Source of the DNA: an uncultured Candidatus Saccharibacteria bacterium
GTDB lineage: Bacteria; Patescibacteriota; Minisyncoccia; Phycocordibacterales; SBAW01
Length of the DNA: 64,000 nucleotides
NCBI GenBank assembly: GCA_964650645.1
Contig: CAZYUH010000001.1
Coordinates: 15,373 to 79,372, forward strand
Direction: 5' to 3'
The position numbers and the translations under genes are program-made. Numbering within the stretch: position 1 is the first letter of the stretch; the number at the start of each line of letters is the position of its first letter. This document shows positions 19,263-28,888 of this stretch, piece after piece. The notes under the pieces were generated by a model. The model did not search any database. It was given only the letters and a program-made list of their open reading frames with translations, and was not told the origin of the DNA.

Positions 19263-21290
19263 CTAGTTGCTGATGCTTACCGGGTCCGTGTGGAACTGCG
19301 ACTGCGACTGGTTTATGTCGAGGGTCTGGATGCCCGCGAAGCCGGAGTTCTCGGTCGAGAAGCGGATGCGGTCGATGCCTACCCTGTAGAAGCCGGTCGC
19401 GGAAGGGTCGATGCGCACGCTGACAGTGAAGGTCTCGGTGCGGCCCTCGCGCACGACGTAGTAGTCGGCGTTGCTGGATGCCGCCGTCGAGGTCAGCGAC
19501 GCGGTGACGCCGGCCGAAGCGGTGGGCGCATCGAGGTCGGTCAGGACCACCACGCCCGTGTTCGCGTTCGGCGTATCCGACGATGCGAGCGCCTCGACTG
19601 TCTTCGGAATGTAGACGTCGTTGCCCATCGCGGTCACCTTGAACTTGAGAGTGAAGGTGCCGTAGCTGTCGGACGCGTTCTGCGCCTCGGTAGCGGAAGC
19701 GCTCATCGTCGAGCCCGCCACAGTGATGCCCGCGTCAAGGACGAGCGCCTGCACGTCGCCGCGCGCCGAGCCCGACACGCTGGATGCGTCGCCGGTATCC
19801 TCGCCCTCGGCGTCGATGCCGGCGTCGCTTACCGAGAACGAGAGCGTTTCGCCGCCCGCCGCGTAGCGCCCGTTCTGGCCGAAGAGCTCTACGGACAGCT
19901 CGAACTCGGCGGTCGAGTCGCCGCGCACCACGAGGCCGCGCAGATTCCCGAACTCTATGGTGTTGTCGGCCTTTATCGTGCCCGAGAAGCTCTTGGAGCC
20001 GGTCTTGAGCGTGGCCTTGCGGATAATGGTGCGGATATCCTTAGCCGGGCTGCCGGAGACCGACGAGGTTCCCACCTCGACCGTGATGCCGTTTATCTCC
20101 GCATCGGCGCTGTCGCGGTTGCGCAGCTCGAAGCCGAGCACCGAGAAGGTATCGGAGGTCTTCGACGAATCGACGACCAGCACGCCCGCCTCGGGGCTGT
20201 CGCCCGTCTTGCGCAGGGTCAGGGTGCCGCTCTGCGCCTCATCGAAGCTGAGCGTGACCATGTCGCTGTCGCGGCCCGCGTACTGCTGGATGCCCTTGGC
20301 GTCCACGGCGCGGATGCCCCTGTCGGGTATCGCCACCTTGAAGGACTGCGCGCGGTCGGTCGAGTCTATGGTGTTCTGCGCGTCGGCGCGCACCGAGAGC
20401 TCGGCGCGGCCGCCCTGGCGGATAATCGCGTCGACGGGGATGTCGACCGAGTACGTGCTTCCGCTCTTGTCCCAATCGGACTTGGAGCTCACATCCACGG
20501 AGCCGGCCTTCTTGCCGTCGCTGTACACCGAGAGCCTGTCGATGAACTTCCACGGAAGAGCGCTGGCGGAGCCGCCCGTGCTCTGCGCGGTCATCTCTAT
20601 CGTCACGCGCTGCACCTGGACATCGCCGCCCTTTACGTCGAAGCGAGCAATGGCGATTTCCTTGTTAGAGTCGCCCTCGCGCAGATCGTCGCCCGCAATG
20701 AGGTCGAACGAGCGCAGATCGGCTTCGCCGCCCTTGAGGACGGCCGAGCCGCCTGTATTTCCGCCGTTAGTATTTCCGCCGGTCGTGCCGCAGACCGCTG
20801 CGATAGCGGCGCGGGTGGCCGGACCGACTACGCCGATTGCGGAGACGTTGTTAGCGGCCTGGAACTTGACGACTGCAGCCTGGGTAGCAGGGCCGAAGTA
20901 GGTGGTCTCCATGCCGGGAGAGCCTGCGCCGGATACCGATACGCGGGTGCTTGCGTTAGCGTTGAGGAACTGCTGGAGGGACAGGACGTCCGCGCCAGTG
21001 GAGCCCAACTGAAGGGAGCGGGTAAGGACCGGGCAGGTGCCGCCGGTGGTGGAACCGCCGGTGGAGCCAGTGCCCGTCGTTGCCTGGCCGTTGAGGGCCG
21101 CGGTAACGTTGCTTATCGTAGCCTGGTCAGCACCGAACGATGCGAGCAGGGATACGATTGCCTGGACCTGCGAGGCCGAAAGGCCTGCGGCCTGCGCCGG
21201 GATAATCGCTATCGCTCCCGTGAGCGCGAGCGTGAGCGCTATGCCTCCCGCGAGCGCCGCGAAGCGCTTGGTTGCCTGTATGGTAGTCAT
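19263..21290 (-). CDS. Large secreted surface protein with peptidoglycan-binding domain
   Basis: Signal peptide; TRSLQLGSTGADV..LQ.FLN...YFGPATQAAV.KFQ; beta-rich C-terminus. Confidence 0.85.
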   Translation of the reverse strand: MTTIQATKRFAALAGGIALTLALTGAIAIIPAQAAGLSASQVQAIVSLLASFGADQATISNVTAALNGQATTGTGSTGGSTTGGTCPVLTRSLQLGSTGADVLSLQQFLNANASTRVSVSGAGSPGMETTYFGPATQAAVVKFQAANNVSAIGVVGPATRAAIAAVCGTTGGNTNGGNTGGSAVLKGGEADLRSFDLIAGDDLREGDSNKEIAIARFDVKGGDVQVQRVTIEMTAQSTGGSASALPWKFIDRLSVYSDGKKAGSVDVSSKSDWDKSGSTYSVDIPVDAIIRQGGRAELSVRADAQNTIDSTDRAQSFKVAIPDRGIRAVDAKGIQQYAGRDSDMVTLSFDEAQSGTLTLRKTGDSPEAGVLVVDSSKTSDTFSVLGFELRNRDSADAEINGITVEVGTSSVSGSPAKDIRTIIRKATLKTGSKSFSGTIKADNTIEFGNLRGLVVRGDSTAEFELSVELFGQNGRYAAGGETLSFSVSDAGIDAEGEDTGDASSVSGSARGDVQALVLDAGITVAGSTMSASATEAQNASDSYGTFTLKFKVTAMGNDVYIPKTVEALASSDTPNANTGVVVLTDLDAPTASAGVTASLTSTAASSNADYYVVREGRTETFTVSVRIDPSATGFYRVGIDRIRFSTENSGFAGIQTLDINQSQSQFHTDPVSISN

Positions 21291-21444
21291 GATGCTGTTT
21301 CGTAATCTTGTAATCCGCACGCTGATAATGTCGCGGCCCCAAAAGAGGCGGCATACCTACACAGACACGGGGGCCGGGAATGCTTTACACCCCCCTTCCC
21401 CCGCGCCTGTACCTGTAAAGAAAAGGGCGGTAGTGTATCCCTAT

Positions 21445-21957
21445 ATGCAGAGGCACGAGGCCCTTTCGAAAGCCTTCGAAGCGGCGCACATAGAGCTCAT
21501 CGAGCCCCTATTCCGCTATTTCTTCTTCCGGCTCAACGACCGCGACAAGGCCAAGGAGCTGGCACAGGAGACCTTCACGCGGGCGTGGGACTATGCGCGC
21601 AAGGGCGGGCAGATACAGGCCATGAAGCCGTTCCTGTACACGACCGCAAGCAACCTCTTCAAGAACGAATTGCGCGGCCGCAAGCCGGTCGTATCGCTCG
21701 ACCTCCTCATGGAGGAGGGAGCGTTCGAGTTCCAAAGCGACGGCATGTCGCCCGAAGAGGGCGCCGAGGCCAAGCTCGCCATGCGCCGGCTCGAGAACCT
21801 GCCGGGCGACTACCGCGAAGCGCTCATGCTGCGGTACGTCGACGGGCTTTCCCTGCGGGAAATCGGCGAGGCGATGGGCAAGAGCGAGGGGGCGGCGGGG
21901 GTGCAGGTGCACAGGGCGCTGGAGAAGCTAAGGAAGCACTACAAAGACCATGAATGA
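21445..21957 (+). CDS. ECF RNA polymerase sigma factor
   Basis: Region 2 ELAQETF.RAW, region 4 LRYVDGLS.REIG...V..HRAL. Confidence 0.9.
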   Translation: MQRHEALSKAFEAAHIELIEPLFRYFFFRLNDRDKAKELAQETFTRAWDYARKGGQIQAMKPFLYTTASNLFKNELRGRKPVVSLDLLMEEGAFEFQSDGMSPEEGAEAKLAMRRLENLPGDYREALMLRYVDGLSLREIGEAMGKSEGAAGVQVHRALEKLRKHYKDHE

Positions 21958-22903
21958 CAAGAACGACAACATACCACCGCCGGCGCGATTGTCGGACAGC
22001 GAGCGCGCGGACATGCTGCGCGGGTTCCTGCGGTACGCGAACGCCCATCCGGCGCGGGAGCCGCGCGCCGCTCGCTCGCCCTATTTCTTCCGGCTTCTGC
22101 ATTCTCCGGCCGCGTATTCCCTGCTCATCTTCCTCATGCTCGGAGGCACGGCCTACGCGGCCGAGGGCTCCCTACCCCGGGATTTCCTGTATCCCGTAAA
22201 GACCGGCGTCATCGAGCCCATTGCCGTCCAGCTGGCGCCCCTGGCGGGCGTTGAGCAGGACGATGCGCATATCGCCCTTGTCGAGCGGCGGCTCGACGAG
22301 GCGGAAACGCTTCTTGACCGGAAGAAGCTCGATGGCGCCTCGGTTGCGGTACTTTCCGAGAAGATAACCGAGTCCTCCTCAAAGGTACGCAAAATCGCCT
22401 CGGACGCGGCGAAGGAAGGGAACATCTCCGACGCGCTCGACGCCAGCTCGGACCTGGAAACCCTGCTTGAAGGCCACAAGGAAGTCCTGTCGTCGGCGGC
22501 CGACGACGCTGCCGCCTCATCGACCGTCCTGGACGGGCTCATTGATACCGTCGAAGAGCAGGGCGAGCAGGCCGAGGACACCAGCGAGGATATCGAACAG
22601 CAGTTCGAGGATGCGCCCGCCGAAGCGTCCGCGCAGTACGCGGCAGCGCTCATGGACGCGGCCTCCTCCTCCATCCGCGCGCTAGAAGCGAGGCTCGCCG
22701 AACGCGCGCGCGCCGCCGGCGAGGACGAGGACGCGCGCGCGCAGGCCGCCGCCCTGCTTAAAGAGGCGAACGGGCGCTACCAAAGCGGCATTGAAAGCGC
22801 GGCGCGGCGCGGCGCTTCCCTGCCCGACTGGAGGGAGGCGCAGAGCGCCGCCGAAAAGGGCCTCATACTCATCGAGTCGAGCGAGGACGCGGAGAGGCCC
22901 TAG
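21950..22903 (+). CDS. Putative anti-sigma factor, DUF5667-like
   Basis: TM helix then AE.SLP.D.LYPVK...E...RRL.EA; overlaps sigma stop. Confidence 0.75.
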   Translation: MNDKNDNIPPPARLSDSERADMLRGFLRYANAHPAREPRAARSPYFFRLLHSPAAYSLLIFLMLGGTAYAAEGSLPRDFLYPVKTGVIEPIAVQLAPLAGVEQDDAHIALVERRLDEAETLLDRKKLDGASVAVLSEKITESSSKVRKIASDAAKEGNISDALDASSDLETLLEGHKEVLSSAADDAAASSTVLDGLIDTVEEQGEQAEDTSEDIEQQFEDAPAEASAQYAAALMDAASSSIRALEARLAERARAAGEDEDARAQAAALLKEANGRYQSGIESAARRGASLPDWREAQSAAEKGLILIESSEDAERP

Positions 22904-22974
22904 GCCCTGGCCCGCGCGGGGTACACAAACTTCCCGCCCCGTGCTACAACAAGAGCGGAACAACGGAGAGGCCC

Positions 22975-23277
22975 ATGATAGTTGACGACGAGGACTTCGA
23001 AGAGCACCGCAGGCAGAACCGCATGCGAACCGGCAAGCGCGGCAACGACCCTTTCGCCGCAAGCTTTGCGCGGCCCGCCCGGCGGCGGCACAAGAAAGGC
23101 CTTACGAAACAGCAGATAGAGGAGAAAACGGAAAAAGCGCGAGTTTTCTTGGGAAAAAGGGTCATTGCAGGAGGACGCGTCGGGGACGCCGTCCAAATCA
23201 ATGAAAGAGGAGGCCTCGTAGTGCGGCATCCGACCTCGAACGCGGTCTACGACCCCGATTTCGTCAAGCCCGCCTAA
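22975..23277 (+). CDS. Hypothetical protein
   Basis: 100 aa with upstream -10 (TACAAC), SD-like GGAGAGG and downstream hairpin. Confidence 0.6.
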   Translation: MIVDDEDFEEHRRQNRMRTGKRGNDPFAASFARPARRRHKKGLTKQQIEEKTEKARVFLGKRVIAGGRVGDAVQINERGGLVVRHPTSNAVYDPDFVKPA

Positions 23278-23489
23278 CCCCCGCCCGCCAGCGCCGCACG
23301 GCCTGGCGGGTATTTTTATTGTCTGCCGCGCGCTCGAGTGCCAGCCCGGGGATATTTTGGAGTACCGGGGGTAGCGGCTTTCGATAGTCCGACCCAAGTG
23401 GGAGAAAATTGGAACCAGCTTATAGGAGAGCTTAACGGCTGGCTCCTCTTTGGGCGGGACCTAGAGGATCAACAGAACTAGTACTGCCA

Positions 23490-24233
23490 TTAGGGATTAG
23501 AAACGGGGTTAAGGGTGGCTTTTATGTCCCCCTCTGCCTTCTCAAACCGAGCAAGCACCTCCTTACAGTACGGATTGTATTTGTATACATCGCGGAACAG
23601 CGCGTCGTCATGCGCCACACTTTCTACCGCGTCCATCAAAAAACCAAAAGAAACTGTATCCACAGCTGTACGCTCAAATCTTCCCTTTTTGACCGTTTGC
23701 CCCACCAAGTGGGTCAGGAACAAAGTTTCGGCTACCAAGCGGTCATGGTCGTCTGTTGTAAGTTCCAAAACTTTTAACTCTGCTTGTCGTAAAAAGTTTA
23801 ATACGCCGCCCATACTATCTTCAGACAAAGACGAGTGACACACGACTATGCGCAAGTCTTTAAGCGAGTTGCCATGCTTGGCATAACTATACGGGCCAAA
23901 CATCGGATGAGTCGCAATGTAGTTTGGAACTCCTTTTTCTTTCAATACCGAAACTGTGTGAGTTTTTACCGTAGCAACATCACAAACAATAGTATTCGCC
24001 CCTAGCAGCTGGAGTGCTTTTTCTATCGTCTCCTCAAAAGCAGATATAGGTACGCACACCAATAACAGGTCGGTTTTGCACACGTCCTCAAACGCGAAAA
24101 AGTCTTTACCGTCTGCCTCTTTGCGAGACGAGAATACTTTCAGAGGGACATGCGGAAATCGCTCTCTTGCAAGCGAAAAAAGAAACTGCCCGAAGTCGCC
24201 AAACCCAATAATGCCAATACTTTTTACTTCCAT
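23490..24233 (-). CDS. Prephenate/arogenate dehydrogenase family protein
   Basis: IGIIGFGDFG, DVATVK, THPMFGP, HD..VA; lower GC. Confidence 0.85.
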   Translation of the reverse strand: MEVKSIGIIGFGDFGQFLFSLARERFPHVPLKVFSSRKEADGKDFFAFEDVCKTDLLLVCVPISAFEETIEKALQLLGANTIVCDVATVKTHTVSVLKEKGVPNYIATHPMFGPYSYAKHGNSLKDLRIVVCHSSLSEDSMGGVLNFLRQAELKVLELTTDDHDRLVAETLFLTHLVGQTVKKGRFERTAVDTVSFGFLMDAVESVAHDDALFRDVYKYNPYCKEVLARFEKAEGDIKATLNPVSNP

Positions 24234-24351
24234 ACCTTCATCATGAACCCATTGCACCTAGAATGGAACACCTTGGAAAATACCGTACTACACTGGAAAT
24301 GGGGCCAGACCCAAACATAATACAACTTTTGTGTTCTAGTATTTCAGCCCA

Positions 24352-24582
24352 TCAGCCTGGCCCACAGATAATCCAATCGCCGTCACGATTGGATTTCCGC
24401 AGGCCCCGCCTCGGCTGTTTTGCGTGCTCGCAAAACATGCCTCCGGCCGTCAGCCTGGTCACAAGTCGAATTCTGCCGTCGCAGAATCCGCTCGCGACCC
24501 CGCCTCGCGGCCCTGCCAGTGCAGGGCAACGCTGCGGCCGTCACCAGTACGCAAAAACGCGCAGCAGTGCGCGTTTTCGGTC
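24352..24582 (-). repeat. tRNA-trailing structured element, two tandem units
   Basis: Both units: GCC-GSA-GSN-stem-loop...GAGGC followed by a long hairpin ending in CCAGGCTGA. Confidence 0.75.
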
Positions 24583-24657
24583 TGGTGACCCCACCGGGAA
24601 TCGAACCCGGATTGACGGCTTGAAAAGCCGGTGTCCTAACCGTTAGACGATGGGGCC
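24583..24657 (-). tRNA. tRNA-Glu(TTC)
   Basis: GGCCCCA...CCGGC-TT-TTC-AA-GCCG...GTTCGATTC...GGGGTCACCA. Confidence 0.95.
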
Positions 24658-24695
24658 GTAGGCCCAGGCTCAAAGCCTTTCAAGCCTGGACTCGG

Positions 24696-24782
24696 CGGAG
24701 GAGGTGAGATTCGAACTCACGGTAGGGTTGCCCCTACGCCACATTTCGAGTGTGGTGCCTTCGACCACTCAGCCACTCCTCC
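24696..24782 (-). tRNA. tRNA-Ser(CGA)
   Basis: GGAGGAG...CCACA-CT-CGA-AA-TGTGG, long variable arm, GTTCGAATC. Confidence 0.95.
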
Positions 24783-24890
24783 GTATGCGCACGAGAACAG
24801 ACGAAAAATACCATTTTTACGCCTTTTAGGCAAAAAGAAAGGCGGTCCCGGCATACGCCGAAACCGCCTGCAAGCGCTGGGGCGCTCGCG

Positions 24891-25631
24891 TCACTCCGCA
24901 GCCCGGTACTCCGGATTGCGCCACACGTGCCAGCGGCCCTCCTCGGCAAACCCGAGCCGCTCGGCCGTCCGGTCGTAGGTCTCCAGGATCCTCTCCTCGA
25001 TCACCTCCTTCACCTGCGCGCTGGAGGGCGGGAGCGTCACGCGGCACCTCGCAGAGGTCATCAGCCGCACCTCCTTGAGATTCGACGCGCGCGCCGCTTC
25101 CTGGGACGCCGCGACGAGCATCCTCGGCCATTTCATGTACAGGGAGCGGTGGAGCCGCACCTTCTTCGCGCCCTGCAATTGGCGTATGAAAAGGCAGCCG
25201 TCCTCGATCCACCCCGACATCATGAGCATCTGCTGGTCCTCATGGCACACGATCCAGGTTACCGGAGCGTCCGAGTGGATGTCGCAGCGCGGCCAGAAGG
25301 GCCGGACCCCGCGGCTCTCCCCCCTCAGGGGCTTCGCCGCGACAATGACACCGGTCACCCACTTATGGGAGAACTGCCGCCGTATCGCCTCGCGCACGGA
25401 GCGCACTTGGTCCCAATGCCGCACAGCGAGCGCGTAGCGCGCGAGGTACAGCGGCCAGGTCAGGTATCTCCGGACCCTCGTGCGGAGGGCATTCCATCCC
25501 AGGACCGCCCTCAGGCGCCCCGCGAGGCTTTTCATCCAGCCCGGGCATTTCCGGACCCGCCTGCGAGCAGGCTCCAGGCCCGGAGTGGCTTCCAGCCGCT
25601 CCGAAAGTCCTGCCGTTTCTGCATATTCCAT
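24891..25631 (-). CDS. Hypothetical protein, possibly VirK/DUF535-like
   Basis: LFIRQLQG...WP.MLV....AA...V...YD....LGF pattern. Confidence 0.5.
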   Translation of the reverse strand: MEYAETAGLSERLEATPGLEPARRRVRKCPGWMKSLAGRLRAVLGWNALRTRVRRYLTWPLYLARYALAVRHWDQVRSVREAIRRQFSHKWVTGVIVAAKPLRGESRGVRPFWPRCDIHSDAPVTWIVCHEDQQMLMMSGWIEDGCLFIRQLQGAKKVRLHRSLYMKWPRMLVAASQEAARASNLKEVRLMTSARCRVTLPPSSAQVKEVIEERILETYDRTAERLGFAEEGRWHVWRNPEYRAAE

Positions 25632-25742
25632 GAACACTCCCTTGTTAGGTTCCTTTTTATCTATACCACAATAATGCAAAAAAGCATAGTACCTGGGGGG
25701 CGGTTTGCTATACTGGAATCATTACCCGCTAGCCGAACACAT

Positions 25743-26162
25743 ATGAACCGAGTCGTGCATTTCGAGATAATGGCCGATGACCTGGACAGGGCACAGAAGT
25801 TCTACGAGTCGGCCTTCGGCTGGACGTTCCAGGCCATGGGCGAGGCGTACGGCGGCTACCGCGTCATCGTGACCGGCCCCGGCCCCGACGACATGGCCAA
25901 GGGCGTCAGGATGGAGGACGTCGGCATAAACGGCGGGCTCATGAAGCGCAACGCTCCCCTGCCCGCGGACGGCCAGAGCCCCAACGCCTACACGGCGATA
26001 ATCAGCGTCGCTAATATTGACGAGGCGATGGCGAAGATCGACGCGGCGGGCGGCAGGCCCCAGACCGAGAAAATGGACGTGGCCGGCGTCGGGAAGGTCC
26101 GCTACTACAAGGACACCGAGGGCAACATCTTCGGCATTATCGAGCCGGCCCCGATGGCCTGA
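25743..26162 (+). CDS. VOC/glyoxalase family protein
   Basis: VVHFEI.ADD..RA..FY...FGW, GINGG, DTEGN.FG. Confidence 0.9.
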   Translation: MNRVVHFEIMADDLDRAQKFYESAFGWTFQAMGEAYGGYRVIVTGPGPDDMAKGVRMEDVGINGGLMKRNAPLPADGQSPNAYTAIISVANIDEAMAKIDAAGGRPQTEKMDVAGVGKVRYYKDTEGNIFGIIEPAPMA

Positions 26163-26206
26163 GCTGACAATCGGCTGGTTTTTTGCTATTCTAACCGCGT
26201 TTGGAT

Positions 26207-26279
26207 GCGCGGTTAGCTCAGTTGGTAGAGCATCCCCTTGACGTGGGGAGGGTCATAGGTTCGAGTCCTATACCGCGCA
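26207..26279 (+). tRNA. tRNA-Val(GAC)
   Basis: GCGCGGT-TAGCTCAGTTGGTAGAGC...TCCCC-TT-GAC-GT-GGGGA...GTTCGAGTC; no encoded CCA. Confidence 0.95.
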
Positions 26280-26500
26280 CAGCAGGCAGAACAATCCCGC
26301 TTGAGCGGGATTTTCTGCACTGTGCGGACCGCAGCGATGTTTTGCACTTGCAAAACCGCGCGACGGGATCGCGAAACCATTTTGCGGCGGCAAAAACGGC
26401 ATTTGTGACCACAAGGTCGAAAAAGCAAACCGCTTTGCTTTTTCGCACACGTGTGCGAGCCGGAGCGTTGCCGCGCACCGGCGCGGCTGCGAGGCAGGGA
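26280..26500 (+). repeat. tRNA-trailing structured element, one full and one partial unit
   Basis: GCAGCGATGTTTTGC..GCAAAACCGCG..GGATCGCGA..TTGTGACC, then an AAAAGCAAA/TTTGCTTTT hairpin unit. Confidence 0.75.
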
Positions 26501-26601
26501 CAAAAGCAAACGTCGATGCCTCTCTGCAGCAGACCCTGGGTGGATATACAGCAATGCGCGCAGCGGAGCGCTAACGCCTGACAGGTACTTTTAGGCGTGG
26601 C

Positions 26602-27072
26602 TTGCGTAAAAATTATACCGTGGCATTATATCCATTGGAAAAGGGGCCATGGAGGTTTCCTTTAATCCAAAGTTCTTTAACAAAAAAGGAGATTGGCGTG
26701 GTCCAGACAGCTGAAATGAGCTCTCTTTCGCGAGAACTCGGGCGTTTCCTTGTAGTGGCGCAGGCGCACAAGCGGGAAACAGGCAAGCAAGCATTCATGC
26801 CCGCTTGTCCCGTGGACACCGAATGGCATCGACTCCTTGAACAGCCGGACGAGTACAACGAGTTCTGCCAGAATACGGTAGGACACACTATCCGTCACGA
26901 ACACGCCCAAGGCAAGGGCGAGGTCGACTGGACAAGAACCTACGAGAAGCTCTACGGCTCATTACCAGAAGTCTGGTTCCGGGACACCAGAGACGCTCTC
27001 AACAGGTCCCAGCGGCAGACCTATCTCGATACCGGGGTATTCTACGCTTCATGGGACTGCACCCCCCTCTAG
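26602..27072 (+). CDS. Hypothetical protein with GRDP-like VD..WH...Y..FC...G..I.H motif
   Basis: CPVDTEWHRLL..PDEYNEFCQNTVGHTIRHEH; start uncertain. Confidence 0.6.
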   Translation: MRKNYTVALYPLEKGPWRFPLIQSSLTKKEIGVVQTAEMSSLSRELGRFLVVAQAHKRETGKQAFMPACPVDTEWHRLLEQPDEYNEFCQNTVGHTIRHEHAQGKGEVDWTRTYEKLYGSLPEVWFRDTRDALNRSQRQTYLDTGVFYASWDCTPL

Positions 27073-27141
27073 CAACAGGGCGGAGTTGAGACAAAGTCTT
27101 GATTCCGCCCTTTCTTCTATTCAAAAGAAAAGGAGAATAAC

Positions 27142-27948
27142 ATGGAAGACAGGCGAAATACCACAAATCAAGAGAATGATTCGTCACCTCTCCTGACCGT
27201 CCTTACATTCGGAGACAACTTGGCACCGGACATAGAAGGATTCCGCAATTACGTGGCAGAAGTTTCCTCAAACTTCTGCCCGTATGTCGAACCCTCTGCA
27301 ACGAAAGAATGCACGACCTATACCATCGTGCATTCCGACACCACAGACAAAGAAACGGCCGAGAAAATCGTTTTCGCAAGCGGATACGCCCTCTCTGAAC
27401 TGTTACGCAGAAAGAGATCGCTTCTATCGTTAAAGCAGCATGCGCCGCTTCTTTGCGAAAACGCCATCTTCCTATTTCCCCACATCGAGGATGCCTTGGG
27501 TAAGGAATTGCTCGGATGGCCTCACTGGGTGCTTAAATGCCGATACACCCAGCTTGGAGTGCTCTTTGGAAAGTTCTGGAAGAATGCTCAGGAGACAGCT
27601 AAAGACCGGCGAAATCTTCCTGTTCCGCCCTGCCACTTCATCTCCGTGCGGGAGAGTGTGCGGACGCGGGATCCGATATTCTTTGAACAGGCCGAATGGC
27701 TTCGTACTGATCTTGAGTCATCGAATGACGTTGGGCAAAACGCCTTTGGCGATATGTCCGGCACTGAAGATGTTTCTCACGCCCTCAAGGTGTTCTGCGA
27801 CGAGCCGACGCGTTTGAATTTCGAGCACGTACATGCTACGCTGCTCTCGAATAGTTTCTACGCACGAGCAAAAGAGTCGGCAGCCAGAGAACTTGAAGAT
27901 CAAAAACGCCGCAACGCAAGCAAAAAAAGGAGAACCGTATGCAATTAA
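27142..27948 (+). CDS. Hypothetical protein, DUF6875/DUF1415-like
   Basis: FCPYVEPS, HWVLK..Y...GVLFGKFW, P.PP..FISVR; SD AAGGAG. Confidence 0.6.
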   Translation: MEDRRNTTNQENDSSPLLTVLTFGDNLAPDIEGFRNYVAEVSSNFCPYVEPSATKECTTYTIVHSDTTDKETAEKIVFASGYALSELLRRKRSLLSLKQHAPLLCENAIFLFPHIEDALGKELLGWPHWVLKCRYTQLGVLFGKFWKNAQETAKDRRNLPVPPCHFISVRESVRTRDPIFFEQAEWLRTDLESSNDVGQNAFGDMSGTEDVSHALKVFCDEPTRLNFEHVHATLLSNSFYARAKESAARELEDQKRRNASKKRRTVCN

Positions 27949-28832
27949 ACAAAGAAACGCAAAAACTTCTTGCTGAAATCGGACTCGAATACATTGAGAC
28001 GATTTTAGACCGACGGGGCACGCTTGCTCTGCGGGTTTTGAAAAGCAAAAGCGGAAAGCGCGCAGTACTCAAATTGCAGAGCGAAGATGGAAGCGAAGAA
28101 GCCCGCCATAAAGCCAAGCTTCTCGTACGAGAAGCGGAGATGCTTTCACAGGCCCCTGAACTTACCAACCATCTCTATGTTGGCCATGGCGAGAGTCAAG
28201 GGAAGTACTGGCTGCTTCTTCGTGAAGTTGGAGGAGAAAAAATCCATCAAGCTGCAAAGCAGATACAAGAGACCGTCACAGACCAAAAGAAGAGGATTTC
28301 GCAACTCGTAGAACTCCTCCTCAAAGTCTCCAGTTTCTACGATGCACTCTACCATGGCGGTTATCTCCATGGCGACGTGCAACCAGGTCACACCTATCTG
28401 GAGCACAACAAGGCCACCATCATTGACTGGGGTCTTGCAAGAAAAGTGGATGAGCGAAATCCTTTATACAGAGGCGGATTCGTTTACTTTGTAGCTCCTG
28501 AAATTGCGGCAGGAATGCATTCCGGTAAATCACCGATAGCGTACTCTCCGCATGCGGAAGTGTACGCCATAGGCGCAACATTGTATATGCTATACACGGG
28601 ACATCTCGCGCTCGACTTCGGGGTTCCCCAAGCCCAGTTGCGAGAAATCCCGATGAAGCAGAAACTTCAGCATGTCGTGGAGAATCGCATCTCCTCGTTC
28701 GAAGAAGTGGGCGCAGATTCACATCCGCCGCTTGAAGCGCTTATGCGGAAAAGCCTTTCGACTAATCCCGCAGAGCGTTTCGATAACCCATCATCTCTTC
28801 ACCAGCACCTTCGTGAGTTAGGGAGCTTATAA
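27939..28832 (+). CDS. Ser/Thr protein kinase-like protein
   Basis: AVLK, HGDVQPGH, IIDWGLA, APE, VYAIG, P.ERF. Confidence 0.85.
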   Translation: MQLNKETQKLLAEIGLEYIETILDRRGTLALRVLKSKSGKRAVLKLQSEDGSEEARHKAKLLVREAEMLSQAPELTNHLYVGHGESQGKYWLLLREVGGEKIHQAAKQIQETVTDQKKRISQLVELLLKVSSFYDALYHGGYLHGDVQPGHTYLEHNKATIIDWGLARKVDERNPLYRGGFVYFVAPEIAAGMHSGKSPIAYSPHAEVYAIGATLYMLYTGHLALDFGVPQAQLREIPMKQKLQHVVENRISSFEEVGADSHPPLEALMRKSLSTNPAERFDNPSSLHQHLRELGSL

Positions 28833-28855
28833 TCTCCATACTCATATAAAAAATT

Positions 28856-28888
28856 AAAAGGGCAACACATATTGTGTTGCCCTTTTTT
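28856..28888. terminator. Bidirectional intrinsic terminator
   Basis: aaaagggcaacac-atatt-gtgttgcccttttt between convergent genes. Confidence 0.85.

Noticed and set aside
24352-26500. Tandem hairpin units as a CRISPR array or integron attC array
   Set aside because: No identical repeats with spacers, no cas or intI gene, and no clear RYYYAAC/GTTRRRY ends
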